A DNA stretch of 59,076 nt, filler included, from Catajapyx aquilonaris (GCA_000934665.2; 4 parts of 4 records of this genome joined end to end with filler, not necessarily neighbours in it); one strand, 5' to 3'. Counted from the whole stretch's first letter, positions 1 through 12,819 are shown. Numbers and translations: made by a program. The notes: a model not told the origin generated them from the letters alone.

Positions 1-345
1 GTGTTTGTTTGACAAGCTCTATCAGCATACCAAATTTCATCATCCTAGGACTACGGGAAGTACCGTATAATTTTGATGATCAGTGAGTCAGTGAGTGAGT
101 GTCACATTTCGGCCGTTTCGGGAGTTTTTAGGATTTTTTAAGTCCGAAATGAAAAGAGCTATGAACATGGAAGTAAGGGGGCATTATATTTAATCGATTT
201 TTATCTACCCAAATAAAATTTTTGAAGCCACGTGTGTTCACCAGTGCGAAGATTCGAGGGGGTCAAAATGACGTGAGTTGTGTCGGGTAAAGGTGGTCCG
301 GCAGTGCGGCGAGAACTTGGCGGGGGCACTGCCGTGCCCCCTAAT
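1..345 (+). mobile_element. 3' part of a non-autonomous Helitron/HINE-like element
   Basis: (AGTG)n-like microsatellite at ~82-101 and a terminal GC-rich hairpin GGGGGCAC-tgcc-GTGCCCCC at 322-341, an architecture typical of insect rolling-circle elements. Confidence 0.5.
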
Positions 346-1785
346 ATACCGTCAAACAAGGTGGGATTGTACCACATTTTGAGGTTTTTCTTACAGGTAA
401 ACCAGAATGATTGATATTCTGGAAAGAATTACTAAATACACAACATTGCTGCACATATCACCTTTCAGTTCATGTGTGAAAATAATTTTTATATGCTAAG
501 GCGGGAGGGGGATATAAAGTTTCGTCGAGGCACAATTTCACACCGTTGTTGAGTGGGGTGTAATTGTTCCAGTCTTTTTGAAAACTTGATGTGAATAGGA
601 AACGTGACATGACTGGCACATGATTATACCCCGCTGCCTATAAAAATTTGTATACTTCTCAATATGCGAATAAATTTTTTAAATGCAAATAACCTATACG
701 AACAATTTATTTTCTTCCATTGTTCAAGGATCGGTACTACGATGATAATAATATGAGGCACATTAGATTTAGAATTTTATTTAAAAAAATTAACAATGAA
801 ATAGACTTTATCAATCTTTATGGCACCAAAATAAATGGACAAGAATGTTACAAGACCGAAATATAGAACTGGAAACGAATTGCAAACAAATGAACTACTA
901 ACTGAAGGAATTCAAAATACAAAAATAGAAAATGTTGAAACCTGTGAAGAGGACTAGTATAGGTAGGCACACAGACGTAAAACCGAAATTTTTAAAACCA
1001 ACTAAACACTGTGAAACCTGTGGTTTCATGTCTACTATGTTGACGCCACTCCGATTTTCATTGCAAGCGCGCTGGACTTATTTCTGACTCACCAGAGTGA
1101 CATAATGAGTTCAGACAAATGAGGTTGAAAGTGCAGATTTAGATAATTTTTCAGTGTCCGGTACCCTACTTTGTGGATATAATGTAAATGAATTATTTCC
1201 CTGAATTCTGCGGTTCATTAACTCCCAGAAAATATATTGATTAGGTGGAGAGTGTTACTTATATGGAGATAAAAAAGGAATTTCAGTATACTCTGCAACT
1301 CAAGAATCTCCATTTTTGAATCGGCCATATCTCGGCTTCTAGTAACGGAGTTAAAACGTCGGGTTTTGAAATGTCTCCCCCATGTACGTATATATACCCG
1401 TATGAAAAATTTCAAGAGAATCGGAGTTGGTCGAGCCACCAACGTTCCATGAGTTGAGGTGGAATGACCCTACTATAATACAATACAACACTATACAATT
1501 CTTTTTGCCCCCTCCCTTTGCCTCTTCCCCCACACCTCCCCCGTCTTCCCTCTTCCACGTTCCCCTTTTTCTTCTTCTTCCCTCGTTCCCGCCTACCCAA
1601 CCCCCTCCCCTATATCTTCTCCAAAACCTTGTCCTGTCTCCTATTTACTATAGTTTGTGCAAGTATTTACAGCATATTGCCCAAAAGGAAATGAAGTACT
1701 GTATACAGCATTATACTGTAGTATAGATGCAGTGCAGCATACAACGGTATACATCCGGGTATATCTGCAAATGTGATATTTGCAC

Positions 1786-2686
1786 CAAAGAGCTTAATAC
1801 TAGGAAGAGTGGAAAAAACAGCTGGTAGCATAGCAACCGTGTCTCCAATCGACTGACCTGCCACCTGGCGATCGACAGCCAAACTCGATACTGTATTGTA
1901 CAATACGGTAGATCGAGGCAGTGCCGGAAATATGGCAATGAAAGCCCCCAGAGGTTGGAAATAAGTCATAAGTACTAGTATACTCCCGTCAAATTGCCGA
2001 CAAAACACTTTGCAGAAGACCTGTGAATAAAAACCATCACGAAAAGCAAATATTATTTGCCAGAAGTTTATTGATTTCCACTACAATCCCACACTCTGCT
2101 CTATACAATACACACCAAGGGACACACTGATAATGATGCTGAACATGGTCACATGACAGGAAGATATACCCCCCGCTGCTATGTCCATCTTGTCGTGGCG
2201 GGACGGGCTTGTTCTTCTTCCCGTGAACTCGAGAACCGTGGAGGGCCCTTTGCTAACGAAAAGAATGTGATCCGAGACCCTGTGCGCGAACAGCAGTAGT
2301 AGCACGCGGCACCCGAACGTCTACGCCACACTATGCCGGCAAAGGAACTTGTTCAATTTCGAAATTCGATCGTGATTTCCAAGCAACGAGGTGATTATTT
2401 GTATTGTTAGGTGCAGGGTGGCCAGCTGCGCAGAATATCAGTTTCGGGTCCAATATTAGTGCCTTAACCCCATACGACCTCATATTGGTCAGTTTTTAGA
2501 TTTGTAACTCTTAATTATGTGCCTCTTGATATTAAATCAACACAGTGTATTGAAATTCATCTCGACAGCACTCGACGGTGGCGCCGCGTAGTGGCCGACA
2601 GCCAAACACGTTGGCCAAACAACTGGCCAAAAAGTGGCGACGCTTGGAAACCGTTTTTTCCACTCTTCCTAGTATTAAGCTCTTTG
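1786..2686. mobile_element. Non-autonomous P-superfamily-like DNA transposon (901 bp)
   Basis: Perfect 34-bp TIRs (CAAAGAGCTTAATACTAGGAAGAGTGGAAAAAAC at 1786-1819, reverse complement at 2653-2686) and a perfect 8-bp TSD ATTTGCAC (1778-1785, 2687-2694). CANRG termini with an 8-bp TSD fit P elements. Confidence 0.8.
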
Positions 2687-3312
2687 ATTTGCACTATTAT
2701 TTTGTTTTCTGCAATTTAAACAATCGTCACCATGGAAAGGATGTTGACTATCGCAGTACAGGACTAAGGCTCAGCTAAGGCTACTCCTGCTACATTTATC
2801 ATCCAGGACGTTCCAAATGTAACGTATATCTTGTGTAGAATAGACTACAGAGCCTCAAGTTTTTATCTATAATTTACGTCGTCCTGTGTGTGTAGTTCCT
2901 CTCAAGCACCTATACGTATAGAACAGCATTTTTTCATTTCATGTCCATAAACTTATGTTGTTGTAATACGGCGATATCTCCTATATACGCTCAATATCCC
3001 TACAATAATGTATTTCCTACAATCATTATACCTGAGCATCACTGCCAGATTGTTTCAAGACAATGCGCAAGAGTTCATTTCGAATGTAGGTCTATACGTG
3101 TACATACTCGGAAGTGCAGAACGGTCGTATAGTCTCACATTGGAATGATTTCGAGATGAGATGGTTAGACGTTTGAAGGTTGCACTTCAGGTGATCGCAT
3201 TCATTCATATTCATCACGGCTTTTCCCAAATGTTGGGGGGCCAGCGGATATAATGAGGAGGAGGTCCTCGCTACCCTCTTATGACCATTATGTATTTAAA
3301 AAAATTGCAGCA

Positions 3313-3377
<65 letters not shown>
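3313..3377. repeat. (TAT)n microsatellite
   Basis: About 21 uninterrupted TAT units. Confidence 0.97.
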
Positions 3378-3380
<3 letters not shown>

Positions 3381-3848
3381 CATACAGCTACTTCCTCTAT
3401 CACTAAAAACGTCGCGTCGAGGATCTCATTATACCCAATGGCCAAAGCAGTTCTGAACGAAAATTTGATGCCTGACCGTTCCGCATTATTTTACGTTTTC
3501 AAAAAATTGGTGTGCTTGCTCTACGTGCTGTGAATGTGGTGACATAATAGTTCAATGACTGTCGTCCACCACCAGTTACAGTGAGTGATGAGCCGTACCC
3601 AGGCATAAAATAAAGAGATTGGTGCTGCTGCAAGTATATACATGTTTAAACATCACATTGGCGACCTTGTTTTCCGGGAGAGAGATAGAGAGCTAGAGGT
3701 GCCGCTGTTGGTGTATTCGAAGAAGGGACCATCAGTGCCATCCGTTCGTGCTGAGTGATGCTGGTTCGGCTTCATTCACTATCAGGCGTTATATCTCGGT
3801 TGCAATAACAACCACCAGCAGCAGCAGCAGCAGAAGGCACAGAGGGCG

Positions 3849-4142
3849 ATGCCAACCGCCAATAGGCCGCCAATTATGTCTATGAATGACGGCCACCCTC
3901 ATCCTCACACTCCGAGAGCAGCTGAGCCTCTTGACGTTGACACTCCTGACACCGCCTCCGCCGCCACCGCCACCACCACAAGTATCTACACTTATTCCTT
4001 GCATCCCAAGTCCCTGAAGAACATGGTCCGGCTTCTGACCAACGCCTCCAACCTCAAGACCCGATCCGGGAACAAAATCAGTACGCCTCTCTTCTCCTCC
4101 AGGCTCAGGAGGAACCTCAAGTACACCCTACTCCTGGACCTG
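3849..4142 (+). CDS. CTD phosphatase-like exon 1
   Basis: ATG at 3849, ends ...TLLLDL, followed by donor GCAAGT (phase 0). Confidence 0.75.
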
Positions 4143-6711
4143 GCAAGTATACCTCCCTCCCTCTCATCTTCCTTCATGCACCCCCTATACACCAGCACCG
4201 TCTTTGGTGGGACCACACATCGACTTTTGAGTCACACCCCCATCGGAGAGTAAATAATGCACCTTCCTGTACATAATATTATAATATTATTGTGCTTGGT
4301 ATTAGGACGAGACCCTGGTCCGGTGCGATGAGAATGGAGGTCTGCCAGGCATGGAGGCGCTAGTGGTCCTCCGGATGGACAGCGGAAGGAAGGGCTTCGT
4401 GTACCCCAGGCCGGGAGTGCACCGCTTCCTGAAGGAAATGTCCAACTACTTCGAGCTGAGCATCTTCACCTCCGCCACCCGGGCCTACGCAGAGGAGGTC
4501 ATCGACGCCATTGATCCCGACTGCAAGTATATCAGGCAAGTTGAAACACACACACTATCACCCTCTTGCTTTCCAACTCAACGACGACGACAACCAACGG
4601 TGGTGGTGGGAGCATATAGTGTGGAAACACCGCAGCGATAGACTGCAAATTCTGTGATGATGGCTACAGCAGCGCTCACGGTATGCGCTCACGGTATGCG
4701 CTCACGGTAGTGCGCGATGTTATCCTGTCCCTTTTCTGACAGAATGCGCTCGTCTTTTTGGGGGGTATTGAAATGCACTACAGAATGATAACCATCTGTT
4801 CAGAGATGGCAGAGGAAGTTTCGGAGGTGCCGTTAGTTTCTACGATGCAGTACCGTACTGTACAACCACTCAATAAGTTTTATCGCGATTGCTGTGGTAA
4901 CTGTCACATTTCCTCTGCATTCTCGTAATAATCTCGTTTAAATAGACAGCCAGACAACAATGGTATATAATAATATGGTAGGCCCTATATACCTATAGCT
5001 TTGGTATATGACCACATGCAGGTACTGCCTGGACACGTGTCACTGCCGCCTGATCCATGGGGTGGACGTGAAGGACCTGGAGAAGTTGGGGCGCCACTTG
5101 GATCGGACCGTCATCATCGACAACAAGCCAGAAAACTTTTCATTCCAGGTCATATGCCTGCATTTTATTTATGCAGTTTTTGCATTTTATTTATGCAGTT
5201 TTCTTTCTGTCACTGTGCAGAGATGTGCGGGTGTGTCGCGTACATCTTGCATTGTGAATATACTTACATGTGTCAAATAGCGACCTTTGCTCAAATGCAG
5301 CTGGACAACGGCATCCCCATTCCAAGCTGGTACGGAGAGGAGGGCGACTGCGAGCTGGCCAGGCTCATCCCTTTTCTCAAGAGCATCGTACGAAGGGTAT
5401 GGCAGTCCAAGGACAAACCCACATTAATAATCACGTTCCTGTAACAATATTTTGTCTCTTTTTCCACATATACTACGTATGTGAATATCATTTAAACTCA
5501 AATTTCACAACATCCTTACTGTTAGCCAGGATTTCCACAGCAGACACAACTGTTGATCTACTTATCAGAGACTGTTTTTTTGTTTTTTGTTTGTTTGTTT
5601 GTTTGTTTTTGCATTGGCCAAATCTCCTTCGGACAAGTCCGTAGGCTACTGGTGACATCATCCTGTTACAGATAGGATTATTTATTGTCGGTTACTCCAT
5701 TCATCTCTCTAGCATCTAGATTGTTAATAATCCTGGAGGGGTATTCCCTGAACTATGCAGTGCCCTATATAATATTATGGTGTGCTGGACCTATAAAGTT
5801 TTCTTGCTCTGACTCGGATTGCTGCACAATTTCTACGGGGTGTTTCTGTGGGAAGTAATCGACATAAAGAGTATAATGTAACTATAGTACACTTCTTTAT
5901 ACTATAAATAAATGAGAGTCTGATGAGAATGGGAGAATGAATTGCTGAAAGTGCCCTCCCTCCCCTCTTCGAGACATACATTTATGCACGTTTCACGGTG
6001 TTTTCTGGTACAAGTATAACATCCCTGTGTGTCGATATATTGTTTTATTTTGATCGTGGTGTTTGCCCGAAGGCTCTGAATGATTCGTGGTTTGTTTTGG
6101 TAGACAATTTCCTTTAAATATAGCCCCGCAATGAGTCAATGTCTCTCATCAGCAGCTTCTTTGGGGGTTCTTTGGGGAACGTTATGCATCTGATTGGTTG
6201 GCCATTATGTGATTGGTTGCAGGACCTGGATGTGCGGTCAGTGATCCGTAAGAAGTACGGGCTGTCCCGGCAGATCGAGGCTTTTATGGGAGAGCTGCAC
6301 CAGAGACCCAAGGATGACAAGCCTCAGAGGCGTCGACGGCATGGACGGCAGCGGCGTCGGGCTCGGCGGCAGGGGACGTGGCGCAGGGAGAGGAAGAGTA
6401 GCAGCCACTCGCAGCAGCAGGGTGCTCAGCCGCAGCGTCAGGGGGGCAGAGCATGTCAGAAGGTGGTGGTGGTCACAGGAGGAGGAGTAGATAGAACCAG
6501 CAGGAAGAGGAAGGAGCAAAGTGAAGGCATCATCAGCGGGTCTCCTCCTCGGGCCAAGAGGCGGAAATGCTCTTCCAGCACCCCTTCCTCTTCGCGCTCT
6601 TGGCATCAGGTCAGCAGCAGCATTGTCTCCGCTGATCACCCTGTGGTGCTGGGGCGGGTGGACATTTTGGATCCCGAGCCAGACCTCCGGAAACCCCGCG
6701 ATCCTCAGTAG
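3849..6711 (+). CDS. CTDSPL2: CTD small phosphatase-like protein (FCP1/SCP, NIF domain; CTDSPL2-like), ~411 aa; join(3849..4142,4306..4535,5022..5148,5301..5396,6223..6711)
   Basis: Spliced translation gives KYTLLLDL|DETLV (DxDxT catalytic motif), VYPRPGVHRFL, ELSIFTSATRAYA, VKDLEKLGRHLDRTVIIDNKP, LDNGIPIPSWY, ELARLIPFL and DVRSVIRKKYGL. All intron phases are compatible. AATAAA at 6952. May be a diverged paralog rather than the true ortholog. Confidence 0.85.
4306..4535 (+). CDS. CTD phosphatase-like exon 2
   Basis: TTAG acceptor; DETLVRC...RPGVHRFL...IDPDCKYI; donor AG|GCAAGT (phase 2). Confidence 0.85.
5022..5148 (+). CDS. CTD phosphatase-like exon 3
   Basis: CAG acceptor; YCLDTCHC...KDLEKLGRHLDRTVIIDNKPENFSFQ; GT donor at 5149. 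Confidence 0.88.
5301..5396 (+). CDS. CTD phosphatase-like exon 4
   Basis: CAG acceptor; LDNGIPIPSWYGEEGDCELARLIPFLKSIVRR; GTATGG donor. Confidence 0.88.
6223..6711 (+). CDS. CTD phosphatase-like exon 5 (last), Arg/Ser-rich tail
   Basis: TGCAG acceptor; DLDVRSVIRKKYGL followed by a basic low-complexity tail to TAG. Confidence 0.75.
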   Translation, partial: DLDVRSVIRKKYGLSRQIEAFMGELHQRPKDDKPQRRRRHGRQRRRARRQGTWRRERKSSSHSQQQGAQPQRQGGRACQKVVVVTGGGVDRTSRKRKEQSEGIISGSPPRAKRRKCSSSTPSSSRSWHQVSSSIVSADHPVVLGRVDILDPEPDLRKPRDPQ

Positions 6712-7565
6712 CAGTCGAAGGGGAACACACAGTGAGGATTAGGCCATATTGATGACCGAAGCACCCTCTTATTATTGGCGTTGCTGCGCGAGCATGGGAG
6801 GACGACCTCACTATAGTATACATGGGGCATAGGAGAGGATGAGGAAGGCGTCTATGCAGCTGTGGTCGTTGGGGAGAGGTGTTTTTTCATTCTAAATTAG
6901 AAGGCACCTTTACCGCCTTGTTAGTCGCCTTTATTTTGTAAAAAAAAAAGCAATAAATTATTTACCTTTCACACATAAATTAATGTTACGTACATGTTCC
7001 ACCTGGTTATTTACTCTGCCAGCAGCAATGATCACTCAGGGGGTGCCTTTTTATAATGAGCTCACACGACATCCCCATAAGAATGGCATGGTGCAAGAGT
7101 ATATACAGAACAGTTCATCAAAACATTTGGCTATATACCACTCACCGGCACTGCCTCGATCGTCTGAATGCCACCCACTCTGGACATCAGCCCACCGCAA
7201 TAGCAGAGGGCGATTGTAATCTTGGCAAGACGCGTAGTTGATATTACGGTATGCCATGTATTTGACACAAGGTAGTACTACGTAAAGTACAGTCGGCGCG
7301 GAAAAGGTAATAAGGACACATTGAGGATTCTGGAACCGTGAATGTGTCCTTATACCTTTTCCGTGCCGACTGTACATCAGTCTATGCGCCACCCAGAGCG
7401 GGAGGCAGTGTATTAGTAGTAGGACACGATAAAATAATAATATTATTGCGGTGCCCGTTTAGCCACGTCCCCTTTAACCATCAGCCCTTATTTCCAAGCC
7501 TAGAGGGATGTCCCCCCCCCTGGTATGCACCAATCAGCGTCCTTCCCCGCTCCCCCGCTTGATGA

Positions 7566-7737
7566 TGACGTCACCAACTGTTCTCCGCCTGTCCAAGATG
7601 GCCGCTGCCGGTGGTTGATCGGAGCAAGATCGGAGTTTCTCTCCCCGTCTCCAGCAGCTGTGCAGCCGGCTGGCGCGTTATTCCCTTGTCCCCACACGTC
7701 TTGTTCCATTCACCTGGTGGCTGGGTGGACTATAAAA
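7566..7737 (+). promoter_or_regulatory. Putative Pol II promoter: CRE (TGACGTCA 7566-7573), CAAGATGGC (~7594), TATA box (TATAAAA 7731-7737)
   Basis: Motifs lie in a GC-rich stretch ending ~90 bp upstream of the ATG at 7826. Confidence 0.5.
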
Positions 7738-7825
7738 GCGTCATCTAGACTAGCGACGAGCAACAACACCAGCAGGCAGGCAGGCAGGCAAGCATTCCAT
7801 CCATCCATCCATCCATCGACCGGTG

Positions 7826-8249
7826 ATGGCGTCGTCGTGGTCTTCCTCCTCAGACGGAGAGGTAGTGGGGGTGCAGATGCTCCAGGGACAGAGAGAGCCT
7901 CCCCCGCACCGACAGTTGTCGTCGTCGTCGCCGGACGACAGAGTCATGCTGGACGACGGTCGAAGGAGGAGAAGGAGGAGGAGGAGAAGGAGAAGAAGAA
8001 GGGGGCAGGATGACGCTGCTGGGACTGTCGCAAACTGTGGCCCTGGTGACCCTGTGGCGTTGTTCAGCCAGGCCCAGCAGATGACGACGCAGCACCAGCT
8101 GGCCGCCTCCTGCTCGGACGATGAAGAGGTCGAGGACCACCAACACCATCAGCACCACCGTCAGATGATGATGTTGATGATGATGATGGGCCAGGTCGAG
8201 GAAGAGAATCGAATGGCGGAGGAGGGCAGCATGATGGGGAGGAAAGGTG
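7826..8249 (+). CDS. Orphan gene exon 1 (poly-Arg, His/Gln/Met-rich)
   Basis: ATGG start after a TATA box; GC3-rich open frame; phase-1 donor G|GTGCGT at 8250 (alternative at 8247) matches the phase of the acceptor at 13281. Confidence 0.55.
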
Positions 8250-8812
8250 GTGCGTTCTATTTGCTCTTCTATACTTCTCTTTTTTGATTGTATACGGGAT
8301 CATTTCAATGTTGGTCAGTCAGGCAGCCTTGGACTGAGTCACTGTAGTATAGTGACAGTCAGTCAGGGATATATGAACGGGGCCAAATGGCCTCACAAAC
8401 CGACCCCCATAGGAAAGATCTTCTTCCTGCTGCTTCCCACTTGCTGGGTCACTCTGGAAATAAGGTGCCGTCCAATTCCATGTTACCATTTCTTATCAGA
8501 TAATTATTATGAAACTCATTTTTGTGGCAGAAAATACTGCATGTAAAATAGTGTGAATGGATTTTAAAAACCTTGAAGCTAGAACAACAACCATAAAATG
8601 GCCCGTTGCTGAAATGCGGAGGTCGAAATGTCGACATTTTGCATCCATTAAAAAATAAATAAGTAAATCAATCAATCAAAGGGCTGCAGGAAATATTGCT
8701 GTATATCGAAGGAATTCTTCGGCGGCATTTTTTTTAGCACAATACTTCCTGCGCCATATAGCACGGGACATTAAAACTTTTACATTAAAATACTCGTAAT
8801 ATACATTTCCAC

Positions 8813-9115
8813 TATCAATAATAATTCATACCCCGTTATCAGCCTATCGGCTCTTTCGGGGGGGGAGGGGGGGGGGAAGTTTTGTTTTGCCTGCAACTCT
8901 TTGCTTTCATTTTACTGCGCTTTTTGGGATAGGATAGGGACGGAAGGAAGCGGCTCTGGCCTATTAATTACGGAAACAACTCCGGAATTTTCCTGGAAGG
9001 ACCGTGGGAAACCACAGAAAACCACGGTCAGAGTTGCCGCGCGTCCCCGGGATTTGATCCCAGGACCTCCCGATTAGCAGTCGGACACGATATCCCCTAC
9101 TCCAAACTGCTTCGG
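8813..9115 (-). mobile_element. tRNA-derived SINE, family A
   Basis: Minus-strand head with A/B-box-like motifs (TGGAGTAGGGG, GGATCAAATCC), (ATT)n tail, 13-bp TSD TATACATTTCCAC (8800-8812, 9116-9128). Related copies at 22273, 24714 and 54701. Confidence 0.88.
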
Positions 9116-10314
9116 TATACATTTCCACAATAATTAAGATGCAACGCATGACAAATTATTGGGCCTATCACTGCCAGAAAAATTCAAATTCAAAGAGAAT
9201 ACCTTCTCCAAGATTTACTTTTCTATCGGCATTCTTAATTTTTAGTGCAGGTTGCCCTAATAATTATTATAATAGTTGAAAAGTGAAACTCAGTTTTTCA
9301 ATATCTGTGCCCGAAGTTGGTGAAAGCCACGAGCTTGGAACTAATGGATAATAATAATTATGCCATTTTTTTCTCATTTGAAATGACCACGGAAAATGCC
9401 AAGAACCTTCCTGGTTTTAAACTGAAAGTCATGGAAGGTTCCTCGCACTCTCTATACGGCCATATCATATGAGAAAAACTTAAATCCAGTAATTTTAATG
9501 TCTTGTTTTCACAACTCCGGGTACAGATATTAGAAGGCTGTGTTTAACTGTTGGTTAATATTATTAGGAACGACTGGCTCTATAAAAAATTACTACGGTA
9601 ACGGGTAACGATGGCAAGAGCAAAATAAATCATGTAAGAGATCCACACAGCAGTCCCCTGCAATCCGAAAGTGCGAAAAAAATTATTGCAAAAGGTTGAT
9701 ATTTGGAGTATTTATGTGTCACTCTTTTGTTGTAGCTTTTCCTTTTTTATTCGCACCATTATTCACATCAAAACTCATGGTGCCAGGAGGGAAAATATGT
9801 GCAAATTTCCTGCCTTATTAGTTGTGAGTCTTTGTGTTGTTATGTTATCTCATACACTACATACAGTACTGAGTGTGTAGAGATGCATGATGAGATACTG
9901 AGTTGCCGTTGTCACCAAAGTGACAGCAGGGGACAGCAGGATGTGAGCACGAATTTTATTGAACCATGTAATCGGAAAGCAAGCGATGTCCACCTGTAAA
10001 ATGACTATTGGCACATATGCACTTGTTGCTCCGAGCCTCGCTGTACGCCAAACGGAGCATCCCAGGCACACAAAAGTCGGGTGGTAGGTGCACCTGACGA
10101 ACCCATGACGATACAAGGTGTCACAAAACCAATACCACTGACGAGTGAGGAATGGGAGCGGTGCCTTTGACCCCCCCACCCCTGTGAAATGAGCTTATTT
10201 TCCAATTGCATTGCGAGTTCGAGGCCACGTTGACCTCTCTGCCAGTCACAGTGATTGTCGCTCTTGGACCAAACCAAGATGGTATTTTTTCTTGTGGCGA
10301 ATGAGAACCTATCC

Positions 10315-10650
10315 CCGGTGACACGAACCGATAGCCTAAACGAATCAAATGCGGCACTGGTTTATCTAACCACCCTCCCGTTTTTTATGTCGCCTATATA
10401 CGTATGCTTCTACATGTTGCTAATGGCGATGGCGTCGCCAACCGGCTGTGTACGTATATCATATAACGTATGAGTATCGTGTAGTAGACGTGCATGCGGT
10501 GTACACAGATTTGCACGAAGAATTGTACAGTACATACAGTATAAAATCCATATAGGCGACATCAAAAATGGGAGGGGGGGGGGGGGAGATTTGACTCGTT
10601 TATGCTATCGGGTTCGTGTCACCGGCGGGTGGTGACTGGATGACCCTGTA
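10315..10650. mobile_element. Inverted-repeat MITE remnant
   Basis: 10315-10400 is the approximate reverse complement of 10550-10625; right end ...ACCCTG-TA is Tc1/mariner-like. Confidence 0.55.
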
Positions 10651-10944
10651 TGTGTCCAGACTTTAAGGTCAGGTCACTACCATGTATGTGTCCAGACTTC
10701 AATACTGATAATAAACAATCAATTCAATCCCCCCAATACTGATCCGATTTTAAAGACGTGTTCACGACAAAAGCTGCGGCTCGTGTCCCCGACACAACCA
10801 AAGTTAATGTTTGTTTTTTATCATTATTTAATTTTGGGCATTTAGACTCAAAAAAATGCAGTTTTCGGACTTTTTACTCAATCACATGCAGGTTTAGCAT
10901 AACCTTGGCACGAGCAGAGCACATATGCATCATGCGCGCGCGGT

Positions 10945-11610
10945 GCCCCCAGCGACCGTTTTGGTGCCCGTCGCCAAGATCTGCTATTCACATATCCGCG
11001 ATCTCGTGGCCAGCGACCGATTCGGTGCCCCGTCGCGGTCGCCGGAGCGTTCACGTATCCACGACGCGGTGCCCCCAGCGACGGAGTTCCCGTCCAGCGA
11101 CCGTTTTGGTGCCCGTCGCCAGGATCTGCTAGATCCAGATACCTGCGACGGCAGACACACGGTCGCTGGCGACAAAAGTCACGTGTCTTGTGCCAGGCCT
11201 TGCATCATCCTTGCATGGGCCGGCTTGGGCTCTGCAGTTGGGTCATTGGACCGCCATCTTTGATATAGGCTCAATTATTTAAAAAACTTAAATTATTTTA
11301 TAATTACAAACGTCCATGGAGTTGGCCTCTGACCATATCAGATGGCCGGTTGCAAATTTGTTTCGGAAATATGCCTTCCAAGCCTGTACTTTGAGGGATA
11401 AGGCCGGAGGCCAGCGGAGGCCAGCGGAGCCGCCATGTTTTTTTTCGGGCATGAGATCGTGGCGACGGCTTACGTGAATGCTGTCACGACGCCCGTGCCC
11501 GAAACAGCACTGGGACAATGCCCCCAGCAGCTGGGCGACACCATGCCCGCGACGTCGCTCGGGCACGGGGTCGTGGTCGCAGTCGTAATCGCGTATATGT
11601 GAATGCACCT
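10945..11610. mobile_element. Degenerate PIF/Harbinger-type MITE with internal CAGCGACCGTTTTGGTGCCCGTCGC repeats
   Basis: Right end GCGTATATGTGAATGCACCT-TTA matches the TIR of the 57211-57861 element; the internal ~26-bp motif recurs at ~10950, 11011 and 11095. Left boundary is uncertain. Confidence 0.5.
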
Positions 11611-11739
11611 TTATGCTGTTCTTGTGCGTCTACATCGTCGTGAACAATGATATCTAATGTTGTTTGCGAGTTGGTATACTGCCTCGGGAGTTGACACCTT
11701 CAGCAATATACCATAGCTGAGGAGAACGCGACGATAATA

Positions 11740-12819
11740 CAGGGAAGTTTCGGACCCCCCCAGGTTTTTGAACCATACTTTTCACAGCGTATTTTCGCAT
11801 CTTTTAAAAGTTCACAAGCAGTTCTAATGTACACTATCTTTTGAAGCATAATCTTGAGAAATGGAATTATTCCATTAATAACTTCGCCTCTGTGACTCAT
11901 CTAAACGTCATATCTGTTTTGCGTTTATTTTGCTTGTTGCCTTGGAGGACCCCTGGTCATATTCTGCGTCAGATAAGGTTTTTATGACCCTTTTCTATGA
12001 GTTCCCCTTCATGCAAATGTTGTGAACTCACTCCTGACCTTATTTTTCGCATTGGTCCATAACCTGGTCCAATAAAAAATTTCGCGGGCAAAGGTTACCA
12101 TGGGATGTTCAGTAACACACACGACACCTTCCGCTACTGTGCAACCGTGGTTTATTGACCTAAGGCGGATACATTACCAGTACAATGGCACGAAACCCCG
12201 GGAGAGTCGCTCGCAAGCGTCTTCCTCCTCTGGTCGTCTTTCGCTCTCTCTCCCCGCCCGTGGTGGGAAAGGACAGTAAACAGTCCTACCTTGGTAAATT
12301 AATCAACCTGACACATCCTTTCGTTCGCGTCCTTTCGCACCAAAAAATTACTTTAAAGTAAAAATGGAGACAAATGTGATGGTACCAATGTGAGAATTCG
12401 AAAGTAATGCATCCGGGTCCGCCATTTCATGCATTCCTTTTCAAATTTTTATTGGACCAGGTTATGGACCAATGCGAAAAATAAGGTCAGGAGTGAGTTC
12501 ACAACATTTGCATGAAGGGGAACTCATGGAAAAGGGTAATAAAAACCTTATCTGACGCAGAATATGACCAGGTGTCCTCCAAGGCAACAAGCAAAATAAA
12601 CGCAAAACAGATAGGATGTTTAGATGAGTCACAGAGGCGAAGTTATTAATGGAATTGCGAGAACGAAGGTGCTCAGATGTTCTCAAGATTATGCTTCAAA
12701 AGATAGTGTACATTAGAACTGCTTGTGGACTTTTAAAAGATGTGAAAAGACGCTGTGAAAAGTAGGGTTTTAAAACCTGGGGGGGTCCGAAACTTTCCGT
12801 CCANTTTCCGTCCACCCTG
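11740..12819. mobile_element. Tc1/mariner-type MITE with ~330-bp TIRs
   Basis: 11740-12080 is the near-perfect reverse complement of ~12443-12819; TA-CAGGG...CCCTG-TA termini. Confidence 0.85.

Noticed and set aside
1960..2340. THAP-domain exon inside the P-like element
   Set aside because: No frame gave a convincing C2CH THAP signature.
3253..3456. Poly-Tyr ORF
   Set aside because: Translation of a (TAT)n microsatellite.
9040..9115. tRNA genes at SINE heads (also ~22500, ~24800, ~51400, ~54940)
   Set aside because: A/B boxes are followed by SINE body, tail and TSD; no convincing complete cloverleaf.
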